Assembly (NCBI GenBank): GCA_913020725.1
Contig: CAJWCD010000010.1
Span: forward strand, 1 to 41,844
DNA from: an uncultured Pseudomonadota bacterium
Lineage (GTDB): Bacteria > SAR324 > NAC60-12
Length of the DNA: 41,844 nucleotides
Direction: 5' to 3'
Below, one piece after another: positions 8,535 through 17,443 of this stretch. The notes under the pieces are model-generated. The model was not told the origin of the DNA. It saw only the letters and a list, made by a program, of their open reading frames with translations, and searched no databases. The first letter of the stretch is position 1. Each line of letters opens with the position of its first letter. A program made the translations under genes and the position numbers.

Positions 8535-10100
8535 TCAGGCAGCAGGCGGGCGATTCTTGAGATGGCGGCGCAGGATTTTTCCAGAGGTGGATTTGGGGAT
8601 TTGATCCGTGAGTTCGAGCATTCGCAGTTTTTTGTGCGGAGCCACCTGATCGGCAATGAATTCCTGTAATTCCGCACACGAAATGGTTTGCTCCGGTTTG
8701 AGGACGACAAAGCCGCGCGGAATTTCTCCGGCTTCTTCATCAGGATAAGGCACCACAGCGGCATCGGCCACAGCGGGATGTGAGAGCAGCAGCCCCTCCA
8801 ATTCCGCAGGGGCGACCTGATAACCCTTGTACTTGATGAGTTCCTTGACGCGGTCCACCACCCAAAAGTAGCCCCGTTCGTCGTATTCCGAGACATCTCC
8901 GGTGTGCAACCAGCCCTCTTCATCAATGGTCTGCGCCGTGGCTTCCGGGTTGTTGAGGTAGCCCTTCATGACCTGTGGCCCGCGAACCAGCAACTCTCCG
9001 CGTTCTCCGGGACCAAGGGTTTTGCCGCTCTCAAAATCCACGACCTTTGACTCGGTGTTGGGGATCGTCACGCCAATCGAGCCGGGCACCATCTGTTCCG
9101 GATCATCCGGGTTGATGTGTGTGACCGGACTCAACTCGGTCATGCCGTAACCCTGCTTTACCAAGATATTGAGTCGTTGGGCGCAGGCTTCGCTGGTTTC
9201 ACGATCCAACGGCGCCGCGCCGCACATGATGAGTTTGAGCGTGGAGAGGTCAAACTTGTCCACCAACGGATGCTTGGCCAAACCTAGGACAATGGGGGGG
9301 ACGAGATGCGCCCGTGTGACCTTGTAGTCCTGTAGGATGGTCAGAAACTGCTCCAGATCGAAGCGCGGCACACACACACACGTTGCCCCAACGCTGAGGG
9401 CGGAATTGAGGATCACCACGAGTCCGTAAATGTGGAAAAACGGCAGCACCGCGATCAGCGTGTCCTGCTCGTCGGTGCTTTCCAGCGCTCCAAATTGCAA
9501 GACATTGGCCACGAGGTTGTAATGCGTCAGCATCACCCCCTTGGGCAAGCCGGTGGTGCCACTGGAGTAGGGCAGGACGACGAGGTCGTTGCGCACATCA
9601 AATTCGATTTCCGGAACCGGAAGGTCGGGTTGTAGGAGGGTGGCGTAGGGCGTGGCACCTTCCACGTCTCCAATCACATAGACCTCCTCTACAGCCGTCA
9701 ATTTCGTGGCTTGTTGGGCGGTTTCAAGAAATCCGGGAAGGGTGAGTAGGAAGCGGGCGTTGCAGTCGTTGAGTTGTTTTGCGAGTTCTGCTGCCGTGTA
9801 GAGCGGATTAACCGTGGTGTTCACTCCACCCGCCAGCACGACTCCGTGGAAGGCGATCGCGTATTCGATGCAATTGGGCATGAAGATTCCAAAAACCTCG
9901 CCCTTCCGTAAACCCCGTTGAGCCAATCCGGCGGCAAAGGCACGGACTTGCTTCCCAAATTCTCCATAGGTGAGGATGCGTCCACTGGAACCGTCAATGA
10001 GAGCGGGTTTGTCCGCGAGTCTTGCGGTTTGCTGGAGCACAAGTTCCGGGAGCGGGATTTCCGGAATGGCAATATCGGGCTTGGGGCTTTTGATAATCAT
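8535..10100 (-). CDS. 4-coumarate-CoA ligase-like AMP-dependent acyl-CoA synthetase
   Basis: PYSSGTTGLPKGV, LPFFHIYG, QGYGMTE, WLHTGD, DRVKELIKYKG and KSTSGKILRR motifs. Start is 10100 (ATG) or 10136 (GTG). Confidence 0.92.
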   Translation of the reverse strand: MIIKSPKPDIAIPEIPLPELVLQQTARLADKPALIDGSSGRILTYGEFGKQVRAFAAGLAQRGLRKGEVFGIFMPNCIEYAIAFHGVVLAGGVNTTVNPLYTAAELAKQLNDCNARFLLTLPGFLETAQQATKLTAVEEVYVIGDVEGATPYATLLQPDLPVPEIEFDVRNDLVVLPYSSGTTGLPKGVMLTHYNLVANVLQFGALESTDEQDTLIAVLPFFHIYGLVVILNSALSVGATCVCVPRFDLEQFLTILQDYKVTRAHLVPPIVLGLAKHPLVDKFDLSTLKLIMCGAAPLDRETSEACAQRLNILVKQGYGMTELSPVTHINPDDPEQMVPGSIGVTIPNTESKVVDFESGKTLGPGERGELLVRGPQVMKGYLNNPEATAQTIDEEGWLHTGDVSEYDERGYFWVVDRVKELIKYKGYQVAPAELEGLLLSHPAVADAAVVPYPDEEAGEIPRGFVVLKPEQTISCAELQEFIADQVAPHKKLRMLELTDQIPKSTSGKILRRHLKNRPPAA

Positions 10101-10193
10101 GGTTTTCTTAGAGAAACGAGTCGAGACAATGGCCACCCACCATACCCTTGCCGGAAGCTCGAATCAACAGCTCTTTTTTCAGGAAGGCTGACC

Positions 10194-11018
10194 TCAACCC
10201 GCAAGGGACATCACTCCAATCGTGCAACCCACCGCGAAAATGGGAATGGGCTGGTAGCACCAGATTTCGCCGGTGTTTCCGGCACACAATCCGGAAATGG
10301 CGATCATCGTGCGAATCTCAAAACCGCCCTGTCCGGCGTCCCGGTAGATGCCCTCGTCCGTGTAAGCGAGCAGGGCGTCCCGGTCTCCCCGAACCCAGCG
10401 GTCCAGAAAATCGCGGTCCCAGTCCTCGTTGATTTTTCCAGAATCCGGGGTAGCGGGCCAATGCGAAATCCCTCCGGTGCCGATGACCGCGATGCGTTCG
10501 GGCACTGCATCTGCGGCGTGCCGCAAAGCTTCTCCAAAGGCCCATGCGCGGTGGAGGGGTGCGAGGGGTGGCCCCTGACAATTGATGTTCGCAGGAATGA
10601 TCGTCTGTTTTCGTGCCGGCGTGAGGAAGTGCAGGGGCACGATGATGCCGTGGTCAAATTTCCATTCTTCCGCATAGGCCACGTCCACGGACTGCATCAC
10701 CTCCATGATCAGACGTTTGGAAAGCTCGGCATTACCCGGAAAACGTCCATGTTGGATGCCCAGCCAGTTCTCGTCCTCGATCGGACCTTCATAATAATCC
10801 GCCATGCCCATTGCAAACGCAGGCATGTTGTTCATGAAAAAATTACCGAAATGCTCTGCGCCAACCACGACCAGCGCATCCGGATTGGCAGCTTCCATTG
10901 CGATTCTCATGCGCTCAAAGGCTTCGTAGAATCGTTCTCGGTGTTCCGGATCGGCAAGCTGAGTCCGCCCAGTGATGCCCGGCGCGTGGCTGCAAATTCC
11001 TGCGAAAACCAGCGGCAT
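10194..11018 (-). CDS. Class III extradiol ring-cleavage dioxygenase, catalytic subunit (LigB/MhpB family)
   Basis: SHAPG, EHFGNFF, DHG, GGISHW and EIRT motifs. ATG at 11018 overlaps the upstream TGA and follows a GGAGG RBS. Confidence 0.9.
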   Translation of the reverse strand: MPLVFAGICSHAPGITGRTQLADPEHRERFYEAFERMRIAMEAANPDALVVVGAEHFGNFFMNNMPAFAMGMADYYEGPIEDENWLGIQHGRFPGNAELSKRLIMEVMQSVDVAYAEEWKFDHGIIVPLHFLTPARKQTIIPANINCQGPPLAPLHRAWAFGEALRHAADAVPERIAVIGTGGISHWPATPDSGKINEDWDRDFLDRWVRGDRDALLAYTDEGIYRDAGQGGFEIRTMIAISGLCAGNTGEIWCYQPIPIFAVGCTIGVMSLAG

Positions 11019-11377
11019 CAGCCCTCCACTCCGGATTCGTGTTGCTTGAGTCGGGCACTGTGCACTGTGACCCCTTCGTAACCCGTCGCGGCGTACACCC
11101 CGGCTCGCACCGCTCCGTGCTTGGCCAGTCCGTCGCGCATGGTTTGCAGGTACTCCGACCACGCCAACCCCGCCATCGCCGCAAAGTGCATGAGAATCTG
11201 GCCGTTCACACCAAGCACATAGAGCAGGCCAATGTCCCGGCTCCGGAGGGCTTCGGCCTCCTCGTCCGTGAGGTCGTACTCTTGAAGAACGGCTTCCAGA
11301 TCGGCACGAAAGCGTTCCTGCATCCGGGGGTTGCGGTTCAGTTCGTAAAGGAATTTCTGGACGTAATAGAGGCTCAT
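11018..11377 (-). CDS. Aromatic ring-opening dioxygenase small subunit (LigA-like)
   Basis: FLYELNRNPRMQERFRADLEAVLQEYDLTDEEAEALRSRDIGLLYVLGVN pattern; translationally coupled to the LigB-like gene. Confidence 0.8.
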   Translation of the reverse strand: MSLYYVQKFLYELNRNPRMQERFRADLEAVLQEYDLTDEEAEALRSRDIGLLYVLGVNGQILMHFAAMAGLAWSEYLQTMRDGLAKHGAVRAGVYAATGYEGVTVHSARLKQHESGVEG

Positions 11378-11445
11378 GACACCAAAGCAGGCCATTGAAA
11401 CGGTGGCCCCATCTTGCCGTGGTCCAGAACGAGTGTCAATCCCGC

Positions 11446-12609
11446 TTATGAAATCATCGACTTGAGGCGGGAATCCTGAAAGGTGCGGAAGCGGTGATTC
11501 GGAAGGTCAAACCAGTCCACCAGCACTCGGTCATAAACGGCCCGGTAGTCCATCGTGTACTTCAGATCGCCTTCGTCCAAATCCCCAAGATCAGGATAAG
11601 TGCCGTAAAATCCACCGTTCACTCGCCCGCCCAGCACAAAATGCGGGGCAGCGGTGCCATGATCGGTGCCGTGGGATTGGTTTTCCACAGCGCGGCGACC
11701 AAACTCGGAATAGGTCAGCACCAGCGTGTTGTCCCAATGACCCCGTTGGCGCAAGTGCATCCGGAATCCCGCAAGGGCTTGAGTGAGGTCACGCAGCAAG
11801 CGGCGGTGCCGCCACGTTTGGTTCTCGTGGGTGTCGAACCCCCCGAGCTGCACTTTGAGGACAGGGGCGTTGATTCCGGCATCGATCAGGATCGCGGTCT
11901 GACTGAGCTGCCGGGCGAAATCATTTCCGCCAATGCGGAAACGCTGACGACGAGCTCGTCTCAGTTTGGTGGTGATGCGCTGCATGGACGTTTGTAGGCT
12001 TTGCATCCGTCCCAACAAAAGGCTCAGGGCCGGATTGTCGGTTTCGGAATACGCGGGAAAGGGCTGGTCGGCGAGCTTGGTGAACTGCGCAGCAGACGTC
12101 ATCGACAGCCAAATACCACTGGGACTCGAAAACACGCCCATGCCCCCATCCAAGCTGATACCGTGTGCATCCAGATCAGCGTTTTCGGACATTCCTTCCA
12201 CCGCATCGGTGAGCCAGCCGCTGCGTCCGCTGCCGTTGCCATCGCCTCCGGTTTCCCAAAGTGCAATCGACTTAAAATGCGAGCGATTGGGATTGGGATA
12301 ACCCAACCCAGGAAGAATCGCCAAATCACCGTCATCCCACGACTCCATCACCGGGCGCATGGCCCCGTGCAGGGCAAATCCGGAATCCAGCGTGATCATG
12401 TCCTTGCGCTCAATCCCAATTTGAGGACGCAACTCGCGATAGCGGTGATCCTGAAAAGGAATGACCGTGTTCAGTCCGTCATTGGCTCCGGACAATTCCA
12501 CCAGCACCAGCCGCCGCCCCGTTTTTTGAGCCGCCGCGATCAAGGATTGCGGAACGAGTGGCAACAACAGGCCACCCGCCAGTTTCCGGAGCAAGTCACG
12601 TCGTAACAT
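11446..12609 (-). CDS. DUF1501 family protein with twin-arginine signal
   Basis: MLRRDLL Tat-like start, LSGANDGLNT, NRSHF, GGFDTH, SEFGRR and GTDHG motifs; AGGAG RBS. Confidence 0.9.
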   Translation of the reverse strand: MLRRDLLRKLAGGLLLPLVPQSLIAAAQKTGRRLVLVELSGANDGLNTVIPFQDHRYRELRPQIGIERKDMITLDSGFALHGAMRPVMESWDDGDLAILPGLGYPNPNRSHFKSIALWETGGDGNGSGRSGWLTDAVEGMSENADLDAHGISLDGGMGVFSSPSGIWLSMTSAAQFTKLADQPFPAYSETDNPALSLLLGRMQSLQTSMQRITTKLRRARRQRFRIGGNDFARQLSQTAILIDAGINAPVLKVQLGGFDTHENQTWRHRRLLRDLTQALAGFRMHLRQRGHWDNTLVLTYSEFGRRAVENQSHGTDHGTAAPHFVLGGRVNGGFYGTYPDLGDLDEGDLKYTMDYRAVYDRVLVDWFDLPNHRFRTFQDSRLKSMIS

Positions 12610-12618
12610 CAAAGTCTC

Positions 12619-15159
12619 CTACTTCAGTTGAAAAACGGGATCCGCAAACAGCGCCTTGAGGTCGTCCGAGCCAGCAGCCACGGACACCGGAGCCTGTGCC
12701 AACAGCACCTGTGAAAACGAAGACTCCGGAAAGTGCCCCCGCAGTTTGGCCGCAAAGGCGTTCAGCCCTGCGGTGGGAGCATTCCCGTTCGGATGGGGGA
12801 TGTCCTGTCCCGCTTTGGACATCATCATCATGGTCTGACGGGAGTTGTCCCTGCGGACAAACACCAACGGGATTGCGGCCCCATAGTCAGCATACTTGGT
12901 GTCTGTCAGACGAGCAAAAATCTTTGCAAGATGCGGCTGCCATGCGCTCATCCGGTCTTTTTGTTCCCGGTATCTTCTGCCGTTTCGCACCTGCGCTAGC
13001 AACTGCGGCAATGAACGCCACAGCAGGCTGACGAGCAGCTTGTCTTCCGATTTCAGCCCCTGCCAGTGTGAGCGAACATTGTCGTCACTGGGATAGGAGA
13101 TCGGCAAGGCGATGGATTTGCGGCTGCGATCCCGGTCATTCCTCCATGCGGTGAACGGCCAGCGCAGCAAACAATCCGGATAGCAATCGCGGTTTTCAAC
13201 CTGCATGAGGTAGCCGTGTTTTCGGGTGATTGCAATTTTCACCGCAAAGCCCGGCCAGTGCCGATCATTCAAGCGCAGGTTCTTGAAGCCGACCGAAAAG
13301 GAGCGCCAGTTGCGGCCCGGTTCGTCCGGATCATCCGCCCAGCGCAGCACCCCGTCTTCGGCGAGTAGCGTGTCTTGCGGTGGGGGCGAGGGATCGGTGT
13401 TCTCGCTCAGAGGTTCGGACTTTGTCAGCACGACCTTGCCTTGGCAGTAAAGTCCTCCGGACTCGGCAGCGTTTTGGGGTGGGCAGCGGCTGATCTGCTT
13501 GCCCTCGGAAGCCAGATACACTCGATTCCCCAAGCGGACCCAATCCACAAACAAATTGCGGTCACCGTCCGGACCGGCGGCATCGTTATGAAAGAAAATC
13601 TCAACCGCCGAAACTTGTTCTGTCTTGATCTTGGTTTCAAAGATTTTCGTTTGCCACGGCAGGCGGCTCTTGTTCTGAATCCGCCCGTTCAACTGAGTGT
13701 CGTATCCCCCTTTCACCGTGAGCAAACCGCTGTCCCAAATCCGCTTGCCCTCGTGCAGCAGCCGTACACTGTAGCGGGGTGGCCCCAGATAATCCTCTGA
13801 GGCGAGCCGCAGTGCAAGTGTGTTCGGCATCGCCATCATCTGAGTCGTGACAGGCTTCATGGTTGCGAGTGAAACCCGCTCCGGAGTGAGACCGGCCAGC
13901 ACATAGCGGCGGTTCAGGAGTCGGGCTGGAGTGATCCACGCCGCACCTCCCGGCCAACCCGCCACATTTGGAGGACCAAAGATGTCCTGCCCCAGCATCG
14001 CCAGCTTGTCCGAAAGCGTTTGCCAGTCGGTCGGTAGCACTCCGGTGGTCCGGATGGTCCCGACCACCAAATCAACGGGGGACTTGATGACCGTTGCACG
14101 GTTTTCCTGCGCCCAGAATGCAGGAGTGGCCAGCATAGACCGATACAGCACCGTCAGATCAAAATCACTTGCTCGAAAGGTTGCGGAAATCACCGCAAGT
14201 TCCGATTCGTTGAGATTGATTTCGGAGATGTAATTCTTCCAGAATTTGTGAGTCAAAAACTGTCCGGCGGTGGGTTGTTCCAAAATGAGGTCAACGAGGT
14301 CGTCGCCGTCATAATTCCCGTGATTGCCGAACAGCGTCTTCCAGCCCCGATCCTGACCCCACGGCTTGATCTGGAAGGAAAGGTTGTGAAGGTCGTTGAC
14401 ACCATAACCCGTCAGAGTGCGGGCGGCTTCTTTGACGGTGGCTTCGTCATAAGCCCCCTCCCCCAGAGTGAACAGTTCCAACAACTCGCGGGCAAGGTTT
14501 TCGTTGGGGTGCTCCTTGGAACTGTTTTCGTTGTCAAGGTAGTTGAGCATGGCCGGATCGCGGATCACGGCCTTGAGCAAAGCACGGTAACTGCCCGTTC
14601 CCAGCTTCCGGAACATCAGGTTCTGGCGGGCGATGGCCACGGATTGTTCGTTGATGGCAGCGTAAGCGGAGACGAAATGATTGTGCCAGAACAGCACCAA
14701 CCGCTCGGTTTGGGGAGATGGGGATTCAATCATCTCACGCACCCACCAGTTCCGGAACTCTCCCATTTCGCGGTCGCGGGCCATGTTAAAACGCTGGCGC
14801 TCGTCTTCTTCCATGTCACCTCGCGCCCAAAACGCCGGAGCCGGTTCCCGGACCCACCTTGGAACCGTGAGCCACGGTTCGGTGCGCAAACGGCCCACGA
14901 TCTCGTCAATACCCTCGTGACGCCTCTTGCCAATCAGTTTTGCAATTTGCTCCGGAGGCGCTCCCAACCCGGTGCGTTCCAGCAGATGCCGCGCATCGGC
15001 AACCGACATCACCTGTTCAAGATGAGGATTCGAGAGCTGCCGGATAACGACATTTGTTGATTGAGGAATGGTGCCCACCACAGGCTGAAGACGTTCAGCC
15101 GTGCAACTCACGAGGGTCGCAGACAGTGAACCCAGCAACAGGAATCGGAGGAATCGCAA
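12619..15159 (-). CDS. DUF1800 family protein, probable lipoprotein, with large internal insert containing a CBM-like module
   Basis: HLLERTGLG, ERLVLFWHNHF, PNENLARELLELFTLG, KSPVDL, PPNVAGW and C-terminal DPVFQLK motifs. Probable TTG start at 15159 gives MRFLRFLLLGSLSATLVS-C (lipobox). The start is uncertain; the ORF-track start at 15444 overlaps the csp gene. Confidence 0.85.
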   Translation of the reverse strand: MRFLRFLLLGSLSATLVSCTAERLQPVVGTIPQSTNVVIRQLSNPHLEQVMSVADARHLLERTGLGAPPEQIAKLIGKRRHEGIDEIVGRLRTEPWLTVPRWVREPAPAFWARGDMEEDERQRFNMARDREMGEFRNWWVREMIESPSPQTERLVLFWHNHFVSAYAAINEQSVAIARQNLMFRKLGTGSYRALLKAVIRDPAMLNYLDNENSSKEHPNENLARELLELFTLGEGAYDEATVKEAARTLTGYGVNDLHNLSFQIKPWGQDRGWKTLFGNHGNYDGDDLVDLILEQPTAGQFLTHKFWKNYISEINLNESELAVISATFRASDFDLTVLYRSMLATPAFWAQENRATVIKSPVDLVVGTIRTTGVLPTDWQTLSDKLAMLGQDIFGPPNVAGWPGGAAWITPARLLNRRYVLAGLTPERVSLATMKPVTTQMMAMPNTLALRLASEDYLGPPRYSVRLLHEGKRIWDSGLLTVKGGYDTQLNGRIQNKSRLPWQTKIFETKIKTEQVSAVEIFFHNDAAGPDGDRNLFVDWVRLGNRVYLASEGKQISRCPPQNAAESGGLYCQGKVVLTKSEPLSENTDPSPPPQDTLLAEDGVLRWADDPDEPGRNWRSFSVGFKNLRLNDRHWPGFAVKIAITRKHGYLMQVENRDCYPDCLLRWPFTAWRNDRDRSRKSIALPISYPSDDNVRSHWQGLKSEDKLLVSLLWRSLPQLLAQVRNGRRYREQKDRMSAWQPHLAKIFARLTDTKYADYGAAIPLVFVRRDNSRQTMMMMSKAGQDIPHPNGNAPTAGLNAFAAKLRGHFPESSFSQVLLAQAPVSVAAGSDDLKALFADPVFQLK

Positions 15160-15246
15160 CCTGACTGCATGACACAGGTGGCTTCGATTCAGTTTTTCAG
15201 GAAGGATTGCCCCCAAGCACACGTTGGGTTGCAAACTGGAAGGGGT

Positions 15247-15267
15247 GGGGCTGCCTCCGGCAACCCC
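15247..15267 (-). terminator. GC-rich hairpin directly downstream of the cold-shock gene
   Basis: GGGGTTGCC-GGA-GGCAGCCCC on the minus strand. No clear U-tract, so it may be a weak terminator or a stability element. Confidence 0.35.
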
Positions 15268-15280
15268 GCAGGCTTGGGGA

Positions 15281-15472
15281 TCAGACGATCCTGACTTGCT
15301 TGGCCGCAAGACCTTTTCGGCCTGGACCGACTTCGAATTCGACCTGTGTTCCATCTTGGAGTCGTCCTCCATCCACTTCGGAGTGGTGTACGAACAAATC
15401 CTCTCCATCTTCTTGCTCAATGAACCCGTAACCTTTTTGGTCATTGAACCACTTTACGCGACCTTGCGGCAT
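15281..15472 (-). CDS. Cold-shock domain protein (CspA family)
   Basis: GRVKWFNDQKGYGFI (RNP-1) and DLFVHHS (RNP-2); 63 aa from ATG at 15472. Confidence 0.95.
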   Translation of the reverse strand: MPQGRVKWFNDQKGYGFIEQEDGEDLFVHHSEVDGGRLQDGTQVEFEVGPGRKGLAAKQVRIV

Positions 15473-15672
15473 ACTCAATACTCTTACATGGGAGCGAACT
15501 CCCGGAAAAAATACCTGCCTTGGCAGGAGTCGGCAGAATTGCCAAGCCTTACTATTTTCTCTGAAAGCAAGTGGTTTGTCCAGTTTATTCTCCTGAGAGA
15601 GATTGGGCAGGGGCTTTCCGCTCTAGGAAAACTCAGCAATTCTGTTGCAACGCTTACAGAAATTTTTTCGCT

Positions 15673-16661
15673 TTAGCCCTTCTCGTGGCAGGCCATGCAG
15701 GAAAACGGAGTCAGGATCATGATTGCATCCTCGGTCACTTTTTCGGAGTTGTCGATGATGTGTCGGAACCGCTCAACATTCTTTTCCGCATGCCTGATTC
15801 TTCGGTTGAGAACGTCCTTGTAGGGCCACGTCTTGAAATCCGGATGCTGCTTTGCTGTTTGATAGATGCGCTTTGCCACTGCGACCTCGCCGTTTTTCAC
15901 CAGCATGTCTCCGAGGTTCATGAAGAACCCCTGAACGTTGTAGGGGGCAATCTCCGAGTTCCAGCAGGCTCTTTTGTAAAGTTCTCGGGTTTCGGCGGCT
16001 TCCCTGGGGAAATATCGTGCAACGTTCGGATTCTCGCGGTCGATGTCATCGTCAAGACAGACCTCAATGTTTCTCCACTGCATTTCCAGTGCTTCAGCGA
16101 ACCTTGGGTTTGTGTAGTCATTCCGACTCATGGTGTAGCCAATGGTAAACAGATTGAACTGAGGCCCGGCGTCAATCAAGTCCAGTCCTTGGTAATAGCC
16201 CTTGCGGGTCAGGTACTCATCGTTGTGAATGCTGCCCTCGGTCATCAGCAAGGAGCTATAGAGGCCAAGGAAACGGGCATCATTGGGGTTGAGCCGTACC
16301 GCCCGCCAAAGTATTTCCTGGCCAAAACCGCGTCATCCGTGATTTGCGGTGGAATCGTCTCCAAACGCCGCCGCTCAGACAACCTCCAGATGTGCAGAAA
16401 CCCGATGTGTGCGGCGACTTTGGCATCGTGCGGGTTTTCCAGATACGCCGCCTTCAACAAGGTCATGGCTTCTGGAATGTTCTGGTATTCGCCGCCATGC
16501 AGCGTTTTCCAAAACACCGTGTGCGCGTGTTTCGCCAGTTTCGTGGTGTTTTCACGGGATTCTTTTTCGGGAGCAAACGTGAGCGCGAAAAACTCGCAGC
16601 CTGTGAGCAACAACACGCTGCACCACACCACGAACCACTTTGCAAAATCCTTTTTCATCAT
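15673..16661 (-). pseudogene. Uncharacterised TPR-like lipoprotein with C-terminal CxxCH motif, split by a 1-nt deletion (real or sequencing error)
   Basis: ORFs 16245-16661 and 15673-16251 join if one base is restored at 16302-16304, giving ...LARKYFG[E]AVRLNPNDARFLGLYSSLLMTEG... The joined protein is 329 aa with an LLTGC lipobox and ends FSCMACHEKG. Confidence 0.75.
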
Positions 16662-16702
16662 GGAACTTCTGTCTGCTAAATTTTTGAGAATACTACATTG
16701 AG

Positions 16703-17407
16703 TCAGCCCATCTCAAGGACAAAGCGGCGGTTACCGAGTTTGAGACAATTTTCGTCCTCGTGATAGTGCTGGAGCAGTTGATAACGCGGAGCATCCGCAA
16801 GCAGGACGTCCCCATGCTGTGCGGTGTGCACGAGGCAGTTTTCGTGGGCATCCAGCCGCAGGGTGTCGGAAATCACGGCATCCGACTTGCCGTTGATGAG
16901 TTGTACCTCCAGCGGGTCCGCCTCTAGGTTGATGTTCAACGCGAGCATCGGCGTGAGTTCACAAGCGAGGTAGCACTTGTCCCAGCGCCCCTCCGTCCAA
17001 TACTCCACAAAATAACGCTGGATTTCCGGTTCGTAGCCGAGGTTTTCCTGAAAAAGCTGGAGGACACGACCAACGATGGAGTGGCCACGCAGGCTCCAGC
17101 GTTGTTGGGCATCCACCTGAATGAAGGCGTAGTGGAATTGCAGAACGGTTTCCACAGTGAGCGCTGTTCCGGAAGCTTGAATGCGGGAGATGGGGGCGGG
17201 AAAGTACACCCCGGCAGGAAGCTCTGGGGACAATGCGGCGAGTCCGGTTTCCACCAGCGCTCGAATGCTAGGATCGTCCAGCAGTCCGGACACTTCCAGT
17301 TTGGTGAATTGCTCCGCAACGAGCGGGTTGAGGAATCGTGTTTCGTGCAGGAAAAGCAGCCACTGATCCTGTGCGGCGAACCAGCGGAAACGTTCGAGAA
17401 GAGACAT
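16703..17407 (-). CDS. Hypothetical protein; C-terminal half possibly DUF1285-like
   Basis: Clean 234 aa ORF in operon-like position. IQVDAQQRW...RYFVE...TPMLA...YQLL is reminiscent of DUF1285, by eye only. Confidence 0.6.
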   Translation of the reverse strand: MSLLERFRWFAAQDQWLLFLHETRFLNPLVAEQFTKLEVSGLLDDPSIRALVETGLAALSPELPAGVYFPAPISRIQASGTALTVETVLQFHYAFIQVDAQQRWSLRGHSIVGRVLQLFQENLGYEPEIQRYFVEYWTEGRWDKCYLACELTPMLALNINLEADPLEVQLINGKSDAVISDTLRLDAHENCLVHTAQHGDVLLADAPRYQLLQHYHEDENCLKLGNRRFVLEMG

Positions 17408-17443
17408 GGTGTGTGCTGCGTGAGGAATCTTGCAACCCTGTGT

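Noticed and set aside
15160..15444. 941 aa version of the DUF1800 ORF overlapping the cold-shock gene in another frame
   Set aside because: The extra N-terminal sequence is the off-frame reading of a clear csp gene plus its downstream hairpin. A lipoprotein signal begins near 15159, so a true dual-coding overlap is unlikely.
15571..16701. 376 aa plus-strand ORF spanning the frameshifted lipoprotein
   Set aside because: It is antisense to a gene with a clear signal peptide and motif content, and its own translation has no recognisable features.
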